NCBI GenBank assembly: GCA_002269645.1
Contig: NIVC01004705.1
Location: 1-37,474, forward strand
DNA length: 37,474 nucleotides
From: Macrostomum lignano
Taxonomy: Eukaryota
Reading direction: 5' to 3'
The position numbers were made by a program, and so were the translations under genes. Positions within the stretch are counted from its first letter, which is position 1. Every line of letters begins with the position of its first letter. The notes below the pieces were generated by a model. It had not been told where the DNA came from. It saw only the letters and a program-made list of their open reading frames with translations, and did no database searches. Shown piece by piece: positions 1 through 11,300 of the stretch.

Positions 1-221
1 GCCGCTCCAGTTGGGCATCCTCGTAAGCGGTTCTCTGCACTGAGGTTACTATGCAGCCTGCGCGAGCCAGCAGCTGCAAAAAGTTTGCAGAATTCTTCCA
101 TTTGTGATTTGAGGACCGATCCGTACAAGACTGCTTAGCTTGATATTCATATTTTGCTCAGGCATGTACGGCTTCTTTGTAGGCAAATGCTTGAAATATT
201 GTCAGGTAATTAGTTGCTTCC

Positions 222-690
222 TCTGTTCTCTCTCTCTCCTCCTCCTCTGTCCCTCTCTCTCCTTCCCTCTGTCTCTCTCTCTCCTTCCCTCTGTCTTCTC
301 TCCTCTCCTTCCTCTGTCCCCTCTCTCCTTCCCTCTGTCCCTCTCTCTCCTTCCCTCTGTCCCTCTCTCTCCTTCCCTCTGTCCCTCTCTCTCCTTCCCT
401 CTGTCCCCTCTCTCTCCTTCCCTCTGTCCCCTCTCTCTCCTTCCCTCTGTCCCCTCTCTCTCCTTCCCTCTGTCCCTCTCTCTCCTTCCCTCTGTCCCCT
501 CTCTCTCCTTCCCTCTGTCCCCTCTCTCTCCTCCCTGCCCCTCTCTCTCCCTCATGCCCCTCTCTCTCCTCCCTGCCCCTCTCTCTCTCCTCCCTGCCTC
601 TCTCTCTCCTCCCTGCCCTCTCTCTCTCCCCATGCCCCTCTCTCTCGCTCCCTCCCCACTCTCCCTCCCTGCCCCTCTCTCTCCCTCCAT
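222..690. repeat. CT-rich polypyrimidine/polypurine low-complexity array (units ~CCTTCCCTCTGTCCCTCTCTCT), in KCNH intron downstream of exon 5
   Basis: Almost purely C/T on the + strand with ~20-23 bp degenerate periodicity; overlapping ORFs are Leu/Ser/Pro or Arg/Glu/Gly artefacts. Confidence 0.95.
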
Positions 691-798
691 CAGTTCAGAT
701 CATAACAGATTCAACATAAAAACAAACCTATTGAACTGTATTTTTCACACAACCGCCAACACAAACTAATGCTCATCCCACCCGATCTCAGCGCTCAC

Positions 799-1039
799 CT
801 GGCCACCTTCTCAGACACGTTGTGCTTCATGGAGACAACGCTGGGAAAAGTACACCCGCTGGCTGCTGCTGCGAGTCGCCGTCTTTCGCCAGCAGGACGC
901 TGCCAGACTCCAGTCGTACGGGGGCGGGTCGCTCAAGTCGAAATCGGAATCGTTGTTGCGCTGCGCGTTGCGAACTGGACCGGTTTGGAATTGAGGCAGG
1001 GGGGGGGGTGTTGCGGCTGTGCTAGGAATGCGCCTTGCT
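799..1039 (-). CDS. erg: ERG-type K+ channel exon 5 (distal N-terminal linker ending MKHNVSEKVA); reading frame imperfect
   Basis: Acceptor ttttcccAG (AG at 1041-1040) and donor GTGAGC at 798. The 3' end encodes MKHNVSEKVA, matching the human KCNH2/7 THNVTEKVTQ motif that precedes VLSLGADVLPEYK. The frame carried over from exon 4 hits a TGA and ends in phase 2. Confidence 0.7.
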
Positions 1040-1149
1040 CTGGGAAAATCTTTTTCCACAAACAAGTGTTCAAAGTTTTCCTGAATAACTGTAACTCGTT
1101 ATTCAGCATTGCAACTCGTTTAACCCCTGTGTTTTATCTCCCGCAGCTC

Positions 1150-1820
1150 ACTCCATCTCTCCCTTCCTCTCCCTCCCTCTCCTCCCTTCTCTCCCTCCCT
1201 CTCTCCCTTCCTCTCCCTCCCTCTCTCCTTCTCTCCCTCCCTCTCTCCCTTCCTCTCTCCCTTCCTCTCCCTCCCTCTCTCCTTCTCTCCCTCCCTCCTC
1301 CCTTCCTCTCCCTCCCTCTCTCCTTCCTCTCCCTCCTCTCTCCCTTCCTCTCTCCTTCCTCTCCCTCCCTCTCTCCTTCCTCTCTCCCTTCCTCTCCTCC
1401 CCTCCTCTCTCCCTTCCTCTCCCTCCTCTCTCCCTTCCTCTCCCTCCTCTCTCCCTTTCTCTCCCTCCCTCTCTCCCTTCCTCTCCCTCCCTCTCTACCT
1501 TCCTCTCCCTCCCTCTCTCCCTCCCTCTCCCTCCCTCTCTCCCTCCCTCTCTCCCTCCCTCTCTCCCTCCTCTCCTCCTCTCTCCCTTCCCTCCCTCCCT
1601 CTCTCCTTCCTCTCCTCCCTCCCTCCCTCTCTCCCTCCTCTCTCCCTTCTCTCCCTCCCTCTCTCCCTCCCTCTCTCCCTTCCTCTCTCCCTTCCTTTCG
1701 AGGCTCTCTCTCTTCCTAACTCTCCTTTCCTCCCTCTCCCTCTCCCTTTCTCTCCCTCCCTCACTGTCTCTTTAACTCACTCTCTCCCTCACTCCTTTCC
1801 TCTTTCCCTCTTTTCCTTCC
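1150..1820. repeat. CT-rich polypyrimidine low-complexity array, KCNH intron 4
   Basis: Continuous (CTCTCCCT)-type sequence with almost no A or G on the + strand. Confidence 0.95.
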
Positions 1821-1824
1821 TCTC

Positions 1825-2365
1825 CTTCATCTCCCCACTCTCCTTCATCTCCCACCTCTCCTTCATCACCCTACGTCTCCCTTCATCTCCCCACCTCTCC
1901 CTTCATCTCCCTACCCTCCATTCATCTCCCTACCTCTCCCTTCATCTCCCCACCTCTCCCTTCATCTCCCTACCTCTCCTTCATCTCCCTACCTCTCCCT
2001 TCATCTCCCACCTCTCCCTTCATCTCCCTACTCTCCATCATCTCCCCACCTCTCCCTTCATCTCCCTACCTCTCCCTTCATCTCCCCACCTCTCCCTTCA
2101 TCTCCCTACCTCTCCATTCATCTCCCTACCTCTCCTTCATCTCCCCACCTCTCCCTTCATCTCCCTACTCTCCATTCATCTCCCTACCTCTCCCTTCATC
2201 TCCCCACCTCTCCCTTCATCTCCCTACCTCTCCATTCATCTCCCTACCTCTCCTTCATCTCCCCACCTCTCCCTTCATCTCCCTACCTCTCCCTTCATCT
2301 CCCTACCTCTCCCTTCATCTCCCCACCTCTCCATTCATCTCCCCACCTCTCCCTTCATCTCCCTT
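1825..2365. repeat. ~19-20-bp minisatellite (CATCTCCC[C/T]ACCTCTCCCTT), KCNH intron 4
   Basis: About 27 tandem degenerate copies read directly. Confidence 0.95.
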
Positions 2366-2404
2366 CCTTCTTCTGCTCCCATCTTCATCTGCCCCGGCAC
2401 TCAC

Positions 2405-2698
2405 GCTGGCCGGCCAGATTGGCGCTGGCGCAGCTCAGGTCCAGGCCATCAAAGCTGGGACTCAGCGACAGCAGACTGCCGCCGCAGTGGTCGGCATTCA
2501 ACAGCCCGCCGCCCCCGCCGCCGCCTCCTCGCTTGTCCTTGCCGCCAATTCCGGCTCCGGTTGCGCTGGCGCCAGGCGCCGACCCGGTGCCGCCGGCTCC
2601 ATCGTCATCAACTCCTGTTGGCGAATCTCTTCGAAGGTGCAGCCCGACCAGGGCACCGCGCCACAGGCCGCGGATGGTGTCACGAAGACCGAGGCTGC
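2405..2698 (-). CDS. erg: ERG-type K+ channel exon 4 (Gly-rich N-terminal linker: GSLGLRDTIRGLWRG...KRGGGGGGGGLLNADHCGG...NLAGQ)
   Basis: Acceptor ttatttttaaAG at 2700-2699, donor GTGAGT at 2404, 294 nt, open phase 1 to phase 1 consistent with the neighbouring exons, GC-rich. Confidence 0.75.
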
Positions 2699-3630
2699 CT
2701 TTAAAAATAAAGAAAATACCCGAGAGAAAACATATTTAGTTGACTTATTGAAATTTTTCTAGCAATATTCGCTGCTTGCCTACTATAAATAGACTACTTT
2801 GTATATTTACTCGAGTAGTTTTAAGTGTTTCAAATTCATAAAAAAATATCACTTAGACCATATAGGCTCTTTTCCATGCAGTCGAATGTTAATATGTTGC
2901 TCTGACGACAGTATGTGTGCTTAGTTTAATCTACCATTTTTACAAGAAATCTTCATTACAAGTAGAAGCTTAATGTAGGTCTTGACAAGGACACGCAAAG
3001 TCTAAGAAAATTAATACAGACTTCTTTCAAAGAGCCATTTACAAGACAATTGTATTTGCAAGTTAAAAACATGACACAAGAAAACAGACAACTTGAAACA
3101 CTGCAGCTTTACCAATTGACGAGCTGCCAAGAGTGAGGTTGGAGCCTGCATGCGAGTTTGCCGAAAGAAGTCGAATATTAAAAATATAATTTGATTTTTT
3201 GGCGCAAGTTTAGTAAAAATGTGACACTTCAAAAATCTGGGAAATGTGGGAATCGAACCCGATGCCTTTGTCTGATTGTCTGCACCCCATCTTGTGTCTT
3301 AGTAATCATTTATTTTAAATTAAGCCTTTAAATATTTCCTTTCCCGCAGAGGCGGGACAAATTGTCCCTCAAGGTTTTAAATTGATTTGATAAATTCGAT
3401 TTCTGTGAAGTACAAATTGAAACAAGCAGTCATGGGCTCTCGTGGTCGAACAAAAAACTAATGAAATTAGCTTCTAATTAGAACTGCATGCATCACAAAT
3501 ATAGCAGGATCATGCTAAAAATTGCCATGCCAATATGCATTTTAAGTAGTACCAGTCAAAAATGGAAATTTTACGCTTAAGAAACTACTGAAATGAAAGT
3601 TAGTTAAATTTGCTTGCATGGGGCTTTAGG

Positions 3631-3978
3631 GCACCAGGGCGCCAGCACCAGGGGCGCCAGCACCAGGGGCGCCAGCACCAGGGCGCCAGCACCAGGGGCG
3701 CCAGCACCAGGGGCGCCAGCACCAGGGGCGCCAGCACCAGGGGCGCCAGCACCAGGGGCGCCAGCACCAGGGGCGCCAGCACCAGGGGCGCCAGCACCAG
3801 GGGCGCCAGCACCAGGGGCGCCAGCACCAGGGGCGCCAGCACCAGGGGCGCCAGCACCAGGGGCGCCAGCACCAGGGGCGCCAGCACCAGGGGCGCCAGC
3901 ACCAGGGGCGCCAGCACCAGGGGCGCCAGCACCAGGGGCGCCAGCACCAGGGGCGCCAGAACCAGGGGCGCCAGCAAC
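3631..3978. repeat. 15-bp minisatellite (CACCAGGGGCGCCAG), ~23 copies, KCNH intron 3
   Basis: Near-perfect tandem copies; the same unit recurs at 31567-31858. Confidence 0.97.
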
Positions 3979-4132
3979 AGGTTGTTACATGTACATAATG
4001 TAGCCAGCCAACTGCAGCTCCCAATCAAGGTTGAATCAAAAGTTTTCTGATTTAATACTAAAAAACTTACTGTATTGGAGGCCTTCTAAACAGCTCAGAA
4101 AAACAAATTAATCAATCAAATTGGCGCCAAAC

Positions 4133-4264
4133 CTCTTCTCTGAGCCGCGGTGCCGGCGAAAAACGAGGTCTGACCTTCGACTTGAAAGGTGAGAATGTAG
4201 AACATGACATCAGAGGATTCGTTGCGAACTGGTGCCACCATGGTGTTAGACTGAAATCTGGTGC
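4133..4264 (-). CDS. erg: ERG-type K+ channel exon 3 (PAC end of eag domain: GTRFQSNTMVAPVRNESSDVMFYILTFQVEGQTSFFAGTAAQRR)
   Basis: Acceptor ctctctaacAG at 4266-4265. The translation resembles KCNH2 VVPVKNEDGAVIMFILNFE. Donor GTTTGG at 4132 gives 132 nt, phase 1 to 1; the donor is less certain than the acceptor. Confidence 0.85.
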
Positions 4265-4289
4265 CTGTTAGAGAGGAACAGAGTGAGGG

Positions 4290-4455
4290 TCATATGTTAG
4301 ACACGGGTGTTTAACCTGTTATGCATGGGTTTTAATGTGTTATATATGGGTATTTAATCTGTTAGATATGGGTGTTTAACCTATTATGTATGGTTGTTTA
4401 ACCTGTTAGACTTTGGTGTCTAACTTGTTCGATGTGGTATACTTAACTGTTAGAT
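4290..4455. repeat. Degenerate ~22-bp repeat (GGGTGTTTAACCTGTTAGATAT-like), KCNH intron 2
   Basis: About 7 diverged copies of the TTTAACCTGTTAGA core. Confidence 0.7.
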
Positions 4456-4526
4456 ATTAGTGCAAAAACTGATGAGACATACTCAAACAAAATCATAGAA
4501 CAGGCCCATTCATCCCAAACTCTCAC

Positions 4527-4757
4527 CATCTTTCTTGTAAAATAGAATTTGAATCTGGCGCTCATCTCGCCCATTGAGGGCATCCCTCAGATCCGTGATG
4601 GACTGAACGCTAGTCAGTGGGCCATGCAGGAAGTCCATGCAAGCTGAGCGCTGCATGATGTCAGCTCTTGTGTAGCCAACGAGTTCACAGAAGCCATCAT
4701 TGCAGAATATCACTGGTCTATGCTCAATTTGAGCATTAGCTATGCAGAATTTGCGAT
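4527..4757 (-). CDS. erg: ERG-type K+ channel exon 2 (PAS domain: [48 protein letters not shown]...ILFYKKDG)
   Basis: Clear similarity to KCNH PAS ([36 protein letters not shown]...FLHGP...FYRKDG). CAG acceptor, GTGAG donor, 231 nt. Confidence 0.97.
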
Positions 4758-5517
4758 CTGTTATTATGGCATAAACATGATGAAATTGTTTTAAATAACC
4801 AATTAAAAATAGTTAGATATAATACTCAAAACTAAATAAAATTTAAAAATATATATGCATAATCTTACAAAACATTTTCTTTTCACTATTATTAATCCTT
4901 GGATATAGTATGCTTTTGAATGGGCAAAGCAATTAGTTTAGAATTAGGCTAAAAATACAGCTATTAAAGCCTTTATATTAACTTTCCTTAACAAAAACAC
5001 AAACAAACCTAATCCTTAAAAATCAATAAATTAGTTTCTTTTAAATGGTTTTTAAAATGCAAAATATTTTAAAAGTATGATTTAATAAACAAAGTAACTG
5101 CAACAAAGTTTAAAAAGCAATAAAACAAAAATATCCAGTGAATAAAATTTTATTTCTAAAATCATTCTATGCATAAATGTATGAATTTTATTGCCTTAAA
5201 AATGAATATAACTATAATAATGACACATATATATATATATATAATCAAAAGTGTGAAGTTAAAAAGTATTGCATTAACTACAAGTTTTAGTCTTTGATTA
5301 ACATTTATTTGTATACAGTGTCCTGTATGCATACGTTTTAATCATTTTCGGTTTAGGACTCAATACAATATTAACTATTATGTGACAACTTGGCAAGGTT
5401 GTAGTTTTCCACAATTTTAATGGGAAGAGCTCAGTGTAAAGAAGAGCTTACTACTATCTTAGTTTTTGACATAGACAAAAACCATTACAGTAGAAACATT
5501 AAACATTAAAAACTTAC

Positions 5518-5593
5518 ACTGTCCATCAAATTTTCGAATCAATGTATCCAAAAAAGTATTTTGTGGTGCAACATGTCCCCGTCTTACTGGCAT
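5518..5593 (-). CDS. erg: ERG-type K+ channel exon 1 (N-Cap: [25 protein letters not shown])
   Basis: ATG at 5593-5591. The translation is nearly identical to the KCNH2 N-terminus [25 protein letters not shown]. Donor GTAAGT at 5517; 76 coding nt. Confidence 0.97.
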
Positions 5594-6403
5594 TGTAAAC
5601 TTGTCGATTTGGTATAATGATAAGATATATTGTCAAATTAAAGCTTTAAAAAGCTTTGAATAAAGCCATCGATAGTTTTTGCTTGAAATTCCTTAATCAA
5701 AGAACATAAAGATGCACATACGGATACGGTTGCTTAAAGTTCGTAATTTATTCCATTTCTCGAATCTAACTCAAATAATAATAACGTTACTTTATCTAGG
5801 TTAAATTTGTTTACTAACAACAAAATAACTGGTTAAACAAAACTACATAAAAATTTGATACATTAAACTGAAACTATTTAGGTTCTACAACTTATTGATA
5901 AAATTATTAACTAAGTAGTTTTTAAAAACAGCTTTTAATTGGAAATGTAAACCTTTGTATATCTGTTCAATGATTTTCTAGCCTATTCTGTGACTTTAAT
6001 TTCATTTCATTTCGTTTCGTTTCGTTTCATTTCGTTAATTATACTACACGTAATGCAAGTATAGTATTAAATTATGTTACATGCACCCATGGAAATTTCA
6101 GTAACGATGACATGTAGGCCGACTATGGATGTAGAATATGAAACCTTATTTATACTTTTTTAGATTCTCCCTTGCTTGTCTCATGTTAGTCCACTTTTGA
6201 CCTAGCTGCCCCGCCCAATTTTTGTTACCTTGGAGCTCACAATTTGACAGGAGTGGGAAGCTAAGCTATTAGTTTTTTACTCATCTGAGGCCCAAATATC
6301 CAAATCAAAGGTTTTTAGAAGACCAAACTCAAGTAAATTTTGCTGGTCATATTTACGGAATGATGCACTTGCCCTAACCACTAGATATCTCCATATGGAC
6401 CGC

Positions 6404-6689
6404 GCCAAAACTGACATCTGGGATAGATGGCGCCAAAACTGACATCTGGGATAGATGGCGCCAACAAAACTGACATCCGGGATAGATGGCGCCAAAACTG
6501 ACATCTGGGATAGATGGCGCCAAAATTGACATCTGGGATAGATGACGCCAAAACTGACATCTGGGATAGATGGCGCCAAAACTGACATCTGGGATAGATG
6601 GCGCCAAAACTGACATCTGGGATAGATGGCGCCAACAGAACTGACATCTGGGATAGATGACGCCAAAACTGACATCTGGGATAGATGCA
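6404..6689. repeat. Short array (~10 units) of the 28/31-bp satellite
   Basis: Same unit and orientation as the 8328-15990 array. Confidence 0.97.
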
Positions 6690-7254
6690 GATGTTTCAGC
6701 ATTCGAGAAGATTGTTATGAGGGAACTGGCAGCCATCCGTCAATACGTTGAACGGATTGAACGCACGGTCTCCGCGATCGCGTCACGAAAGAGCGTGGCG
6801 GCTCCAAATCTGCCTGTCAACTTGCCGTGCTCGGCAGAAGACATGGCAGAACTAGTCCAGCATCTGGAAGAAAATCCAGTGGATGCAGAAGCGCTCGTGA
6901 GTGCATCGGCGTTCCTGTTTTTCTTCAATTCTTCTGTTGCGTGTAAAATAAAAAACAATTAGACAATTTTGCGCAACTGCTTCACTTGCATTACTGGAAG
7001 GACAGATGGCCTGCATTGGTGGCGGCAGCACCCAGGATGCAGTGCGTCGCATTTTGCGCCGGCTGCTGGCTCCGCCGGCTATGGCGAGTTTTAGTTTCGC
7101 AGGACGGCGAGAGAAAGCGGCGTTCAAGGACAGCATCCTGTGGACAATCGTGCGAGGTGCAACGCTACGCAGCGTCAAGGCGAAGGAGAAGGAGATAGAA
7201 GCCGCTGTAAAGGAGGTGCTAAAGCATGCAAATGACCCGAATCGCGCTCGTTAG
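6657..7254 (+). pseudogene. DUF4806-like two-exon gene or remnant (exon to 6896, intron 6897-7005, exon 7006-7254); likely DNA-transposon accessory gene with unclear 5' end
   Basis: GTGAGT donor at 6897 and GACAG acceptor at 7004-7005 join ...LPVNLPCSAEDMAELVQHLEENPVDAEAL to MACIGGGSTQDAVRRILRRLL...SFSFAGRREKAAF...AKEKEIEAAVKEVLKHAND in phase 0. The GG..D.VRR.L / F.G...K.AF pattern is recognised from memory as DUF4806-type and has not been searched. Confidence 0.6.
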
Positions 7255-8327
7255 CTTCATGTTGGAGGTCCCCTGGCCGCGGGAAAAATCGGCTCCCGAG
7301 CCTTGTCAGTTTGTTTCGATTTATTCATGCAGAGTAGGCTGGAATGGAGAAACTTAGATATAGAAAAATGGGGCGGGAAATTAGCTCTTTCCCTACCTAG
7401 TCACCAGATCCCTCCCCACCAAAATTTTAGATTCTAAGACAAACAGGGGTCGCAAAAACCCGTTCTTTATACCAGTTTTCAGTAATTTAAAAAAAAACAG
7501 TGAAAACGGTAAAACTGCTTTGTTGGCCTTTTTTGGCTTAAATTATTTCAAGTGTTATATTATTATGTGTTATATTATATTTACTATATACTGGGCGTTT
7601 ATTTGCCAATTAAATTGGCTGTTTATTCTAGGAAACAAAAAATTTATTAATTAATTAAATGCTTCGTTGCTCTCATTTTTCTCTACTCTAATTACTTTTA
7701 TCTACTATAATTTTACTCTAATTACCATACATCGCTACGTTCTACTATTCATTACCCAGTTCCCAGTTGGTATTTATGTTCCTTTTGTTTGCTATAGCTT
7801 TTATTATCTCCGATTGCATATAATTGCGTACTATATTTTTCCAGCGGCTGACATATAGCTGTACAATCCTGGTGCGAGTCGACCTTCGCCAATAAAATAT
7901 CAGCCAGTATCTGATATAAGAAAGTTTATAGTAACACCGGTAGGAAACTGGTAAAACTGCCTATTTTTTAGCATTTTGGCTTTACATTATTTCAGGTATG
8001 CGTGCTCACGAGCGTGTATGTCAGTACGTGTGCATTACAAATTATCTTGGTGTGCAATTGCTGCTGTGAATTACAGCATTTAAACCTCATAAATTTTTAA
8101 ACAGCATTTAACGTGGCGATCACCTCTGTGAAACTGCATTCAAATCAAGAAGTAAGAAACTAACCGCGGCCAACTGTAAACTAGTCGCGTAAAGGTCGCG
8201 TAATGGTAATAACGTGACGTCGCAAAGTGAAGTGTACGCGACGTCGCGTGGCGCGACACTTGACCCCTTCCCGCGACGTAACTTTGCGACGTTTACGCGA
8301 CGTTGCCGCGACGAAGTGTGTTACTAG

Positions 8328-11300
8328 GGATGGCGCCAAAACTGACATCTGGGATAGATGGCGCCAAAACTGACATCTGGGATAGATGGCGCCAACAGAA
8401 CTGACATCTGGGATAGATGGCGCCAACAAAACTGACATCTGGGATAGATGGCGCCAACAAAACTGACATCTGGGATAGATAACGCCAACAGAACTGACAT
8501 CTGGGATAGATGGCGCCAAAACTGACATCTGGGATAGATGGCGCCAACAGAACTGACATCTGGGATAGATGGCGCCAACAGAACTGACATCTGGGATAGA
8601 TGGCGCCAAAACTGACATCTGGGATAGATGGCGCCAACAGAACTGACATCTGGGATAGATGGCGCCAAAACTGACATCTGGGATAGATGGCGCCAAAACT
8701 GACATCTGGGATAGATAGCGCCAACAAAACTGACATCTGGGATAGATGGCGCCAAAACTGACATCTAGGATAGATGGCGCCAACAAAACTGACATCTGGG
8801 ATAGATGGCGCCAACAGAACTGACATCTGGGATAGATGGCGCCAACAAAACTGACATCTGGGATAGATGGCGCCAACAGAACTGACATCTGGGATAGATG
8901 GCGCCAACAGAACTGACATCTGGGATAGATGGCGCCAAAACTGAAATCTGGGATAGATGGCGCCAACAGAACTGACATCTGGGATAGATGGCGCCAAAAC
9001 TGACATCTGGGATAGATGGCGCCAAAACTGACATCTGGGATAGATAGCGCCAACAAAACTGACATCTGGGATAGATGGCGCCAAAACTGACATCTAGGAT
9101 AGATGGCGCCAACAAAACTGACATCTGGGATAGATGGCGCCAAAACTGACATCTGGGATAGATGGCGCCAACAAAACTGACATCTGGGATAGTTGGCGCC
9201 AACAAAACTGACATCCGGGATAGATGTCGCCAACAAAACTGACATCTGGGATAGATGGCGCCAACAAAACTGACATCTGGGATAGATGGCGCCAAAACTG
9301 ACATTTGGGATAGATGGCGCCAAAACTGACATCTGGGATAGATGGCGCCAAAACTGACATCTGGGATAGATAGCGCCAACAGAACTGACATCTGGGATAG
9401 ATGGCGCCAAAACTGACATCTGGGATAGATGGCGCCAACAAAACTGACATCTGGGATAGATGGCGCCAAAACTGACATCTGGGATAGATGGCGCCAACAA
9501 AACTGACATCTGGGATAGATGGCGCCAAAACTGACATCTGGGATAGATGGCGCCAAAACTGACATCTGGGATAGATGGCGCCAACAGAACTGACATCTGG
9601 GATAGATGACGCCAAAACTGACATCTGGGATAGATGGCGCCAAAACTGACATCTGGGATAGATGGCGCCAACAGAACTGACATCTGGGATAGATGGCGCC
9701 AAAACTGACATCTGGGATAGATGGCGCCAAAACTGACATCTGGGATAGATAGCGCCAACAAAACTGACATCTGGGATAGATGGCGCCAAAACTGACATCT
9801 AGGATAGATGGCGCTAACAAAACTGACATCCGGGATAGATGGCGCCAAAACTGACATCTGGGATAGATGGCGCCAACAGAACTGACATCTGGGATAGATG
9901 GCGCCAACAAAACTGACATCTGGGATAGATGGCGCCAACAAAACTGACATCTGGGATAGATGGCGCCAACAAAACTGACATCTGGGAGAGATGGCGCCAA
10001 CAAAACTGACATCTGGGATAGATGGCGCCAAAACTGACATCTGGGATAGATGGCGCCAACAAAACTGACATCTGGGATAGATGGCGCCAAAACTGACATC
10101 TGGGATAGATGGCGCCAAAACGGACATCTGGGATAGATAGCGCCAACAAAACTGACATCTGGGATAGATGGCGCCAAAACTGACATCTGGGATAGATGGC
10201 GCCAAAACTGACATCTAGGATAGATGGCGCCAACAAAACTGACATCTGGGATAGATGGCGCCAAAACTGACATCTGGGATAGATGGCGCCAACAAAACTG
10301 ACATCTGGGATAGTTGGCGCCAACAAAACTGACATCCGGGATAGATGTCGCCAACAAAACTGACATCTGGGATAGATGGCGCCAACAAAACTGACATCCG
10401 GGATAGATGGCGCCAAAACTGACATCTGGGATAGATGGCGCCAACAGAACTGACATCTGGGATAGATGGCGCCAAAACTGACATCTGGGATAGATGGCGC
10501 CAACAAAACTGACATCTGGGATAGATGGCGCCAACAAAACTGACATCTGGGATAGATGGCGCCAAAACTGACATCTGGGATAGATGGCGCCAACAAAACT
10601 GACATCTGGGATAGATGGCGCCAACAAAACTGACATCTGGGATAGATGGCGCCAAAACTGACATCTGGGATAGATGGCGCCAACAAAACTGACATCTGGG
10701 ATAGATGGCGCCAAAACTGACATCTGGGATAGATGGCGCCAACAAAACTGACATCTGGGATAGTGGCGCCAACAAAACTGACATCCGGGATAGATGTCGC
10801 CAACAAAACTGACATCTGGGATAGATGGCGCCAACAAAACTGACATCCGGGATAGATGTCGCCAACAAAACTGACATCTGGGATAGATGGCGCCAACAAA
10901 ACTGACATCTGGGATAGTTGGCGCCAACAAAACTGACATCCGGGATAGATGTCGCCAACAAAACTGACATCTGGGATAGATGGCGCCAACAAAACTGACA
11001 TCTGGGATAGATGGCGCCAAAACTGACATTTGGGATAGATGGCGCCAACAAAACTGACATCTGGGATAGATGGCGCCAAAACTGACATCTGGGATAGATG
11101 GCGCCAAAACTGACATCTGGGATAGATAGCGCCAACAGAACTGACATCTGGGATAGATGGCGCCAAAACTGACATCTGGGATAGATGGCGCCAACAAAAC
11201 TGACATCTGGGATAGATGGCGCCAAAACTGACATCTGGGATAGATGGCGCCAACAAAACTGACATCTGGGATAGATGGCGCCAAAACTGACATCTGGGAT

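Noticed and set aside
1-210. Next KCNH exon (expected VLSLGADVLPEYK...) or a plus-strand exon ending at CAG|GTAATT (205/206)
   Set aside because: No frame on either strand gives a recognisable motif; the next channel exon is probably beyond the window edge.
140-1764. Leu/Ser/Pro-rich and Arg/Glu/Gly-rich ORFs
   Set aside because: Products of CT-rich low-complexity intronic DNA.
3245-3265. tRNA or SINE B-box (minus strand GGGTTCGATTCCC)
   Set aside because: The T-stem has only 3 bp and I see no A-box, anticodon arm or acceptor stem; at most a decayed fragment.
3600-4050. GAPAP/ASTRG/LVLAP/WCWRP ORFs, also at 31539-31932
   Set aside because: Six-frame readouts of the 15-bp minisatellite inside introns.
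6379-6400. CACTA transposon left terminus (CACTAGATATC...) before the short satellite
   Set aside because: No matching inverted terminus (…TAGTG) found after the DUF4806-like gene or the large array.
6200-7390. Imperfect inverted repeat (AGCT..CCCGCCC.ATTTTT) at ~6203 and ~7365 flanking the DUF4806-like gene
   Set aside because: Too short and gapped to call as TIRs, and no target-site duplication seen.
7667-7858. 63-aa hydrophobic ORF
   Set aside because: AT-rich, no homology signal or splice context; likely chance.
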